60,552 bases of DNA. Source: a virus. Its lineage: Duplodnaviria; Caudoviricetes. Positions 34,801 to 41,405 of this stretch are shown here, piece after piece. Position 1 is the first letter of the stretch; each line of letters begins with the position of its first letter. Location of the stretch: positions 1 to 60,552 of the IMG/VR virus record IMGVR_UViG_3300043414_000845. One strand, 5' to 3'. A program made the position numbers and the translations under genes. The notes under the pieces were generated by a model. The model was not told the DNA's origin and ran no database searches. It worked only from the letters and a program-made list of their open reading frames with translations.

Positions 34801-37800
34801 GTGCACCTTGCCGGAAGCGTCCGTCGCCAGGCCGTAGTCCGTGGTCGCCGTTGCCCCGAGCTTCCTCAGCTTCCGCTTGGCGCGGGCACCGATGTGACCG
34901 GCGTCCAGCATGGCCATGACGTCCTCGCCCTTGACCTTCTTGCCCAGGACGCGATGCACGCCGACGCGGATCGCCTTCAGGACTCCGTCCATGCGGTAGA
35001 GCATCTTGCGGATGATCGGCGGGTAGCCCTTGAACTTCGTCGGGCGGCCGACCCCGAGCTCCTGGACGATGGCTTCCGACATCATCACGTCGGGGCCCTT
35101 GTTCTCGTAGTAACTCAGGAACTTCTCGTGTTTTTTGAACAGCTTCTCCTTGGCGTAGCGCGTGAGGGCTTCCCACTCGTGCGGCTTGAAGATGCCAAGG
35201 CCCTTGAAGAAGTCGACGACGACGTGGCCGCCCTCGTGCCTACCCGACCCCATCGCATCCTTGTTGCGGAGCGCCACGACGACCATTTCGCCGAAGTTCA
35301 CACCACCCAGGGGGGACATGCGGCCGTCCTCGCCGCGGGTCAGCAGGCGTTCGACGAAGGCCACCTTGGCCCCTGGCGCGATGCGCTGGATTTCCTCGAT
35401 GATCGACTTCATGAGCGGGGCGTGCTTGGCCGCCTGCTCCTTCGTCAGAGAGACCTTCCGCAGGTCGTCCATGTTGCCGGTGAGCTCGCCGCCGCCCTCG
35501 GTCCGCTGGAGCCGCAGCTTCTTGTAAGCGGCTATCGCCTGGTTACGATTGAACTCGTTCTGAATAGGGTCGTCCGAGTGCTGATAGATGATGCGCTCTG
35601 CCACACCGTTTTTGTCGAGAACCGCTGAGGCGTCCTCGCGGAGGTTGGACGGAACCACCGCTGCGCTGAACTCGTCGATCCCAACTGGTCGCGTGACCTT
35701 CGCTTCAAAGTACGGCCGCGGCATAACCTTCAGGCGACTGAGCATTTCGGTCGCGCTCGCGATCTCTTCGTCCGTCGCGCGAGGAATCTTCGCCCTGATC
35801 GAGCCAGCGACGTCCCCGGTGCGCGCCGCTTCCGTGAGCGCTTCGGCGGCCCAGGCGTTCGACGGGCCACGATATGCGCCCCCGAAGACCTCACCCTTAC
35901 GCGCTGCGACCTCCTCCGGAACCTTTTCCGAAAGGCTACCGATCAGGTCGCTATAGATTTTGTTGACCTCATCGAAGTCCTTGGTGAAGGCAGACTTCGG
36001 AGCCAGCCTGTCAGAGGCCGCCCTGATCTCGTCGAGGGTTTTGAACTGCTGGGCCTGCGCCCCACGCACACGGCCAACGGAGGAAAAGTCTCCAGTGGCG
36101 CGGATGTCGTCGGTGTCGGTCATCATCCGCACCACGTTTTCCAGCGTGTGCGGCAGGTCCCCCTGGAACTTCCAACCTGGGCGAGCGCGGACGTACTCGT
36201 CCTTGAACATGGGCCGGAAGGTCCGGTCGATCCAGGCCTTGAGCCTGGGGTGCTTGGAGACCTGAGCGGCCACCTCTTTGGTCCGAGCAACCGCTGCCGC
36301 CTTGGCTTCCGGGGTTGGCTTCTTGCCCTTACCCTGCCCATGCGGCGACATGATGTTCTCATCCGCCCCGATGATCCCGTGCTCCCTGGCGAACTTCATG
36401 ATCGCAGGGTGGATGCTCCCGAAGTAGTGAGGTGATGCGTCCTTGCCGAAGTCAGACGGCACGGGCTCGCGCTCGTGGCCGGAGCGCCTGATCTCGTCGG
36501 CGAGAATCTCCTTCATCAGGGGGAGCTTGGCCATGTCGATCTTCGCCCCGGTGTACGGGTAGCGGGGCGAGTAGATGTCCGAGTCATAGACCTTGTTGTG
36601 CTGAGAGCGCTGCGGGTCGATCAGGTCGGCATGCCCAAGCAGGGAGATTTCGCCGAACCCAGGCAGTCCATGTTCTGCCTTCACGATGCCAATCGACGGG
36701 GCCGCAAGGCCACCCATGCGGTCAGCGTGGATCAGAGCATCGGCCGAGATGTTGTGCACCACAGCCAGCGTGCCAGGGCGAGCCTCCTCCTCCTCCTTGG
36801 CGATCTGGTAGCGGAACTGTTTCCCCATCTTCGGGGTGATTTCCATGCGCCACATCTGGCGCGGGGTCCTTGCGGTATGTGCCATCTCAAAGAGGGGCTT
36901 GGCGCTATCCCCGAACATCGACCTCTGTTCGTGCTGGATGGCGCGCATGAGCAGGTCGGCGTCATCCTGCGAATCCAGCCGCTCACGAAGGCTATCGAAG
37001 TATCCAGGCATGTCCCGGTTCGGGGTCTGAACCGTAAATTCGAGATCGTCTAGGAGGTGAGGGTTCCTGAAGTCGTTCCTATTGAACCAGGAGCGAAGGA
37101 GGCGCGTGTAATCGCCAGCCTTCACTTTTTGATTGAGCTTGGTGATGGCGGCCAGCATCTGGCGGCGACCTTCGCTGCCAATCGGATGGTCAATCGCCAC
37201 CTTGCGACCATTGCCAATCGCTTCAGGAACCTTGCTGGCCAGAACCTTGAGGACCTTGTTCCGGTCGTTGGTGGACAAGTAGTAGTGCATGAAGTCGACC
37301 AGGTCGGCGGATGACCCACCCCCCTGTTTCTCCATGAGGTTCATCTCCTCGTAGACGCGCATCATCGGGTCCAGGAGCTCGTACGCGAGACCGTTCTGGT
37401 CGGTCAGGACGCCCTTCACGGCATCCTTGAACTTGCCCCAGCCAGCGTCACCTACGCTGAACGGGTTGAGCGTCTGTGGCATGTTGGTCGGGTCGTGCGA
37501 CGCGGACTTGAGCTCCGGCTTGAACCCGAACGGCTTGCCGAGCTCCCTGGCCCACTCAACCTTCTTTTGGTCGTAGAGCTTCTTGTGGAACTCGCCGCCC
37601 GTCTTCAGGTCTTCACCCTCGTAGCGCAGCCATGTGTCCTGGTTGCCTTCAGGGTCCCACGTCTTCGCCTTGTCGAATATCTTCTTGGCGTGCTCTGCGC
37701 TGATGTGGTCGGCAAGGTCCTTGAACGTCGACTCCCGGTGATTGATTGGCGTGTCGCCACCAATCTTGACGGCAGTCCAGACGACCTTGTCACCGTTGGG

Positions 37801-40764
37801 GTTGCTGCGGTCGGCCGGGCGGAAGGTGATATGCTCCAGCTTATTTTCCAGGCTGTTGCGCTTGGCCTGCTGCTCGCCCGTCGTCCAGGAGATGTGGCGC
37901 AGACCTTTCGACAGCGCGACCTGGACCATGCGCTTCATCGACGTCTTGCCCCAGGAATCCAGGTGCGGGACTATCGGCGTCCGGTTGACTTCGCTCTCGA
38001 CGTCCATGCGCTTCTGGTCGAGAGCCTGCCACTCGGCCTGAAGGCGGATGACCTCGTCGTAGTCCCGCCTTGCAATCTCCTGCTCGTATGGCGAGTAGCC
38101 CATCCTGGCGGCATCGGCCGGATCGCGCTCAGCCAACTCCAGGAGGTGCTTGGCTCTGGGGGCGACCCGGTTACGCATGCTGGGCTCGGTGGGGCCGATC
38201 CCCACCAACTTTTCAACAAGGCCGCTGTAGTCGCTGAGGATGGCGTTCCAGGCTGCGTGCTTGCTCTTGAACTCATCTTGGAGGGCATCCGCTCGGTTGC
38301 GGATGGCGGTTGGCGACTCTTCGCGGAACCCTTCCGTCCGTCCCCTCTGGATGACGTCAGACTGAGCCTCGTCGTCTTGAAGGGAGGTTACTCCGTCGTC
38401 GAACTCCAGCGTGCCATAGCGGTTGTGGAACACGGAGTTCTTGTGGCCAAAGTGGTCACCGTGCGTGTCGCCGATGTTCCAGCGGCTGTCATTCCACTGC
38501 TGCGAGGCGTCCTTCCACGGCTCAACAACGTCCCGCTCGTAGTCCTTGTTGAACGCCTCTTTTTCCTCCAGCGACATCCGTGACCACAGCTCACGAGAGT
38601 CTGAACCAAGCCTCTCGCCGACATACTCCGTCAGACTCTTGAGCGACGGGCGCTCCTTGACCTGCTGGACGACTCGCTCTTCGTAGTTGCCGACCCCTGG
38701 GGAGACGAGCTCCTGGCCGGTGTATTTGTCCCACTTGGAGTAGCCGACTTCGGAGAGCGGGCCATCATGTGTAACGCCATCCGTATCCACCATCTCGATG
38801 GCGTCCGGGGGCGGTGAGGTCAGAGCTTCGTCCTTGCTGGCGAACTCACCAGTCTTCTCACCAGTCCTCTGATCGACCCACCTGAATGCCCCATCTGGGT
38901 CATTCACGTATGGGTTAGATCGGTCCTGAATCAGGACGTAGCGTTTCTCGTCGTGCCTGGCCGCCGAGTACAGGTGCTCCTTGAAGACCGGCGTGTTGCG
39001 CTTGATGAGCGCATCGATCTCGGCCCGCGACCACGCCTTCTTCGGGTCCTTCTTGAACTCAGCGGTGAGCCCCAGGTCCTTCATCTCCTCCGGCTTCACG
39101 CCCTTGTTCAGCATGATGCCATGCCAGTCCGACATGGGGGCCTTGGAGAGCTTCAGGTTGTCGAAGACCTCGCGCGACTTGAGCGGGAGCTGCTCGTTGA
39201 TGTCGCGCAGCCTGGTGTCGACCGGCTCCTCGTCCGCCTTCTGGTAGCGAACGGTTCTGCGCGGCTGCTGACCATCGTTGTGCATGCCCTGGTAGTCAGA
39301 CTCAGCCCATGATTGAGCCACTTCCGGAGATAGCTTCAAAGGGGTCGACGGCCTGGTCTTCCCGGCAGACCTCATGTCCTGGTTGACCCAGTCCGCGTCG
39401 CCGGTCTTGTCGTCCTCTTCAAGGACATGACGGTCCGTTTGGCCATCATCATAGGTGACTGTTCGCCGAACGCGGCCGTCGTCCAGGTGATCGTACCTGA
39501 CGTTGTGGTCCTCGTTCTTGCCATGCACCCGGTGTTCTTCGCCCAGGTTCACACCCTGGTCGGCGGGCTTTGCCCTTGGTTTGATGTCCGTTGGGGCAGC
39601 GCCAGCCTGTTGGCTCCGCGGATCGCTACCGTTCAGGTGGGCGTAGTCGGACGGCCGTGCCTCCTGGATGCCGTTGATGAAGTGCTCGTCGCCACCAGCC
39701 CCGCCAGGGCCGTCAGGGCCTCCAGGAAGGCTGGAGCCGGGTTGGTGGTCACCGAGCCCTAGTACAGAGCCCAGCCTCTCCGCGCCCGTCTGGAGGACGG
39801 ATGGGCCCACGTTTTCGATGTAGCGGTCCAGGAACGACTGGTCCGAGCGGTCGCCCGTGTACTCCTCATCGGCGATCATATTCCAGATGCCAACTGTCGG
39901 TTGCAGACCGAACATCTGGAAAACGCCGTTCGCGATCTCGTTGGAGAACGGGTTGGCCCCCATCAGCAATCCAGCCGCGCCCGCGAACCCCGTGTCGATC
40001 AGGGCGGCATTCCCGGCTTCCTGCCAGGCACGCTCCGGATCATCCGGATACTTCTGTAACGCAGCCTGGAACTTCGGGCCTGCGGACTGCAACCAGGTGC
40101 CAACCATTGCGCCACCAGCGCCGCCTTCAACAGCCGTGCTGAGCGCCACCGTCGGACCAGCGCCCATCATCGCTCCAGCCATCACTTGAAGAGCCATCGG
40201 TGCCATACGCATCGCACGCGACGTGATCTTCTTGGCGGTCAGGCTCCAGTCGTCGTTCGCTACGTTGATCGGGCTGTCGGTCTTGTCCAGCGGAAGTCGA
40301 CGCATGTTCGCCGGAGTGCCGTCAGCCAGCGTCGCCACGGTCTGGGCCATGTCGCCCACGCCCTTGCCGACCTGGCCTGCGGTCGCACGGAACCAGCCAG
40401 GCTCCTCCAGCGACAACGGCTCGCCCTGGGACGGCGTCACACCAGGCACGAAGGAGCGCGCGTGGAAGAGCTCGCCTTCAGGCCTCACGAAGTCCTGGGT
40501 GTTCGCGTCCTCGTGCAGCAGCTCCGGAGCCTGGTACTCTTCGTTGATCAGGTTGTTGGCGACGTTGGACTGGCCAATGGTCACCATAGGCTTGATGCGG
40601 CGATAGTCCTGGGACGCAGCCGACTGCTCGGCCCGGTTAAAGTCAAAGTTCAGCATCCAGGGGGGGGTGGTCGGCGGCTGCGCTACAGGCGGCTTCGCTA
40701 CAGGCGGCTGCGCCGGAGCCTGATCGTCGTCCGTGACCCAGTTGAACTCCCAAGGATTCGCCAT
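28888..40764 (-). CDS. Giant (3958 aa) polyvalent virion/ejection protein with several ADP-ribosyltransferase-like domains, an HExxH metallopeptidase, a duplicated QSD domain and a C-terminal GNAT-like domain
   Basis: Follows the ejection genes; three modules of the form FKxWF/W...G.P...(R/H)G...GYDG...F...Q(I/V)K (ART-PolyVal type); RHEGGH; two GVKPEE...QSD...TGxQQ...YD modules. Confidence 0.85.
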   Translation of the reverse strand: MANPWEFNWVTDDDQAPAQPPVAKPPVAQPPTTPPWMLNFDFNRAEQSAASQDYRRIKPMVTIGQSNVANNLINEEYQAPELLHEDANTQDFVRPEGELFHARSFVPGVTPSQGEPLSLEEPGWFRATAGQVGKGVGDMAQTVATLADGTPANMRRLPLDKTDSPINVANDDWSLTAKKITSRAMRMAPMALQVMAGAMMGAGPTVALSTAVEGGAGGAMVGTWLQSAGPKFQAALQKYPDDPERAWQEAGNAALIDTGFAGAAGLLMGANPFSNEIANGVFQMFGLQPTVGIWNMIADEEYTGDRSDQSFLDRYIENVGPSVLQTGAERLGSVLGLGDHQPGSSLPGGPDGPGGAGGDEHFINGIQEARPSDYAHLNGSDPRSQQAGAAPTDIKPRAKPADQGVNLGEEHRVHGKNEDHNVRYDHLDDGRVRRTVTYDDGQTDRHVLEEDDKTGDADWVNQDMRSAGKTRPSTPLKLSPEVAQSWAESDYQGMHNDGQQPRRTVRYQKADEEPVDTRLRDINEQLPLKSREVFDNLKLSKAPMSDWHGIMLNKGVKPEEMKDLGLTAEFKKDPKKAWSRAEIDALIKRNTPVFKEHLYSAARHDEKRYVLIQDRSNPYVNDPDGAFRWVDQRTGEKTGEFASKDEALTSPPPDAIEMVDTDGVTHDGPLSEVGYSKWDKYTGQELVSPGVGNYEERVVQQVKERPSLKSLTEYVGERLGSDSRELWSRMSLEEKEAFNKDYERDVVEPWKDASQQWNDSRWNIGDTHGDHFGHKNSVFHNRYGTLEFDDGVTSLQDDEAQSDVIQRGRTEGFREESPTAIRNRADALQDEFKSKHAAWNAILSDYSGLVEKLVGIGPTEPSMRNRVAPRAKHLLELAERDPADAARMGYSPYEQEIARRDYDEVIRLQAEWQALDQKRMDVESEVNRTPIVPHLDSWGKTSMKRMVQVALSKGLRHISWTTGEQQAKRNSLENKLEHITFRPADRSNPNGDKVVWTAVKIGGDTPINHRESTFKDLADHISAEHAKKIFDKAKTWDPEGNQDTWLRYEGEDLKTGGEFHKKLYDQKKVEWARELGKPFGFKPELKSASHDPTNMPQTLNPFSVGDAGWGKFKDAVKGVLTDQNGLAYELLDPMMRVYEEMNLMEKQGGGSSADLVDFMHYYLSTNDRNKVLKVLASKVPEAIGNGRKVAIDHPIGSEGRRQMLAAITKLNQKVKAGDYTRLLRSWFNRNDFRNPHLLDDLEFTVQTPNRDMPGYFDSLRERLDSQDDADLLMRAIQHEQRSMFGDSAKPLFEMAHTARTPRQMWRMEITPKMGKQFRYQIAKEEEEARPGTLAVVHNISADALIHADRMGGLAAPSIGIVKAEHGLPGFGEISLLGHADLIDPQRSQHNKVYDSDIYSPRYPYTGAKIDMAKLPLMKEILADEIRRSGHEREPVPSDFGKDASPHYFGSIHPAIMKFAREHGIIGADENIMSPHGQGKGKKPTPEAKAAAVARTKEVAAQVSKHPRLKAWIDRTFRPMFKDEYVRARPGWKFQGDLPHTLENVVRMMTDTDDIRATGDFSSVGRVRGAQAQQFKTLDEIRAASDRLAPKSAFTKDFDEVNKIYSDLIGSLSEKVPEEVAARKGEVFGGAYRGPSNAWAAEALTEAARTGDVAGSIRAKIPRATDEEIASATEMLSRLKVMPRPYFEAKVTRPVGIDEFSAAVVPSNLREDASAVLDKNGVAERIIYQHSDDPIQNEFNRNQAIAAYKKLRLQRTEGGGELTGNMDDLRKVSLTKEQAAKHAPLMKSIIEEIQRIAPGAKVAFVERLLTRGEDGRMSPLGGVNFGEMVVVALRNKDAMGSGRHEGGHVVVDFFKGLGIFKPHEWEALTRYAKEKLFKKHEKFLSYYENKGPDVMMSEAIVQELGVGRPTKFKGYPPIIRKMLYRMDGVLKAIRVGVHRVLGKKVKGEDVMAMLDAGHIGARAKRKLRKLGATATTDYGLATDASGKVHYQVTPESKLDNVFDSALDIALGSTKLTRGHGAQWRAELIKQGVKPEELRDTGLEHLFTEFKDKPLTKDHVVNRREDNRTELHVIIKDDGTKPLSRALTVQEEKKKPVPAAPPADPDFPGDPFETVDMDESRFDDMDDVREYIRDNFASDEISDRLDHYDGGDDNPRTRYEHREYDNPAYRVVERDGRGETVDYHDIHESESDADWDVSNNRYMKPTVYFHGKPREVGGLLTRLMGRPSKWEVDIHQHATNRKNKPVDIGGEEIDTDELSNDDQPEYQLSDPDNHDHDADFHNHEVKETIVGDSEEEAIKKALQHIRDESRVFYTEEEPQEGYRVYDLKNDDWEESGDHFETERSGERAAERLNNDWYEEWSEQAHDEIEEELNDDHDWWVSQAVDALVDEAGSELDHNDLADRVRHHWYGNNRRRNNNNNRPRIPTSVDSTRYGSYNLKGGGTYKREYLVTIPTLPDKLLLAPPGENAVQIYQPDPSSPAERIRDQVSRGLPSHFGSDDHRNIAQHFRAQDFEAEDGGKAIVFEEDQSDPHQAARQAAKILADVLGPREQGYTGYGAEERELKYLGTTELNKHKEGVRDNARALSHALKEAISLNLDLKRLYDTDPRKGEDWTFGDYAKWDDVEYTSEYLGVDSDKIPSHMQGAVRYLKEQLKKLPSRGIVPNASNALVEAELLSRARLRIGRGINKSDEAWSKLMSADPQPDSLPHKDSWPMVALKYILHEAIVNGYDWVGMPTGAQQVERYPGALRTAVKKLVWKERRDGKFDLEIDMQKDRQHRQRHVLEGLTELDIKNNLGKAGAEQIVQQRHGHNSAFDPTDKYIASGTIEDGGLAINNQGMMNFYDKTVQKDSKAFLAKMGLKWGTLRVVKNPAEAWAVTGQHRWEQSGLRENVESFSTREAAEAYAEAKRLQNESDIAEGSTPSWSELKVERNAKAFHEIHGIKVTPEARQGYQTEITDKAGVVVKPANKMLRYQIADGETDYADRVARATTDTPAFKRFFEGSVATTPDGRPLKLFRGQRRNAREDGFTLTSGRATPSFTPDPDVASVYSRQLPGKQYGAGSNVLPTYLSIKKPLDLRAVGEHPSLGDVVELLNYDWNEPTGLHDGKVGYIDIAEALRDMDTTAYRTGAEHDIRAGDSDGMQVRSFDELADLIEQLGEDGKYEELENALHDSSLDAYSFADSPMFVDMLKQLGYDGVIHKDVFEGGADHYEPGRDKLEEGSTGVPVHDTYRPFEQGQVKSTHNSGTWNRGDKRILYQAAGDPESHNFKKWFGISRVVDGKGKPLALYRGEHGEPNGEDIQTRLPSITLVEDPDMASMYALEPNIRRDVAEAPRVGTYYARIEHPIFEDKDDPFTELAPLVRKLGKRELLKVIEDGDVLESAIMDTDNWHEKFDDYDSVRELLDENPAAINDLYIQANILLDDPGFVKLAASKGYDGAIHLAWSAAKDAVEYRVFDQGQIKGVNNGGEWSTTDKRVMYQKELPYVPVKDKYKKGELAPADPKVNTPEFKSWWKKSHAIDSVGHPITVFHGSNHDITEFKPGNNGNFFGNRFYFTNSRDDASFNYTGYDAPDFDQRAWDHAASEAPTLTTKELEQKVKEWKQATTAHEGAIYSFYLSIQKPLYLGGPNETSIPKSTMHAMLDHLPSVLKGVDGDLYKNKVVRQKFTEWLSKIMNTVPHGTTIGAGYFVWQLMDDPKLLHAVMTELPKFRADNPIPEVMRSLFEKMGYDGVIDTEVKDRWPAQFDGGSAERPRIDDDVVHYIAFHPNQIKSVNNTGSFSERMNHILYQMGDKFDTKYEDAPQGGRFLDTLRDGFANGKVDAGEQATISDQQGDLERVYKKDWLEQRRGAPHLKQFAIMLHGKPIGRINGTVSGESMEVSWLGMLGGDDGLSDSSIQHLGAILRQALPRGVKKLTGLRKRAEQKSEQPPIRPRLPAPKPIPRITTTREREDPLLDYYRDLGVDLGD

Positions 40765-40769
40765 TGTGC

Positions 40770-41396
40770 CTACCGCTGTTTCCAGTTGTTCTTGTCACGA
40801 TAATTGCCACCCATGTAGGTGTAGCCGCCGACCGTCATGCCGGGTCGTAGCGTGTTCGTGCCGCTAACCGGCCGGTTGCCGCCGCCCTGCCCGGTCCAGT
40901 TCGCCTCCTGGTCGGACGGGATGTAGCCCTTGCGGAGCTGGTCTTCCATCGGCTCTTCCGACGGAAGCATCGGACGTTGGCGGGGCCTGTTCTGAGCGAT
41001 CAGCCGGTCCATGTCGCCGGAGTAGGTATGCAGGGCCTTCAGGTAATTGTAGACGCTGCGCTCCGGGTCGTTCGGCCCGAGCTGCCCCAGCTTCTGGTTC
41101 AGGTACTGGCCCGCCTGCATGTGCCTGCCCCGGTCAATCATTCCCTGCGCGAACTGCTTTTGGCGCTGCATGTTGTTCCACGCCCCTTCGTTGAGGGGGG
41201 CGTCGAGGCCAGGCTGCTCCTGAACCGGCGACGGACCGTACGACACGCGACCAGGAGCCTGGGCTGGCATCCTGCGCTGGATCGGCTGCGAGTACGGCAT
41301 GGGCGCAGGCGGCCGACGGATCGGCATGACCACGGACTCGTCCGGATCATCGAACTGCAACCCATGAGGAAGGTAGTCGATTGGTTCAAAGGGCAT
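40770..41396 (-). CDS. Putative ejection/internal virion protein
   Basis: C-terminal GMTVGGYTYMGGNYRDKNNW motif typical of ejection-region proteins. Confidence 0.6.
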   Translation of the reverse strand: MPFEPIDYLPHGLQFDDPDESVVMPIRRPPAPMPYSQPIQRRMPAQAPGRVSYGPSPVQEQPGLDAPLNEGAWNNMQRQKQFAQGMIDRGRHMQAGQYLNQKLGQLGPNDPERSVYNYLKALHTYSGDMDRLIAQNRPRQRPMLPSEEPMEDQLRKGYIPSDQEANWTGQGGGNRPVSGTNTLRPGMTVGGYTYMGGNYRDKNNWKQR

Positions 41397-41405
41397 GTGC
41401 CACCT

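Noticed and set aside
28888-40764. Giant ORF as an N4-like virion RNA polymerase or DarB-type methylase-helicase
   Set aside because: I found no RNA polymerase, SF2 helicase or methylase motifs; ART and peptidase modules account for much of it
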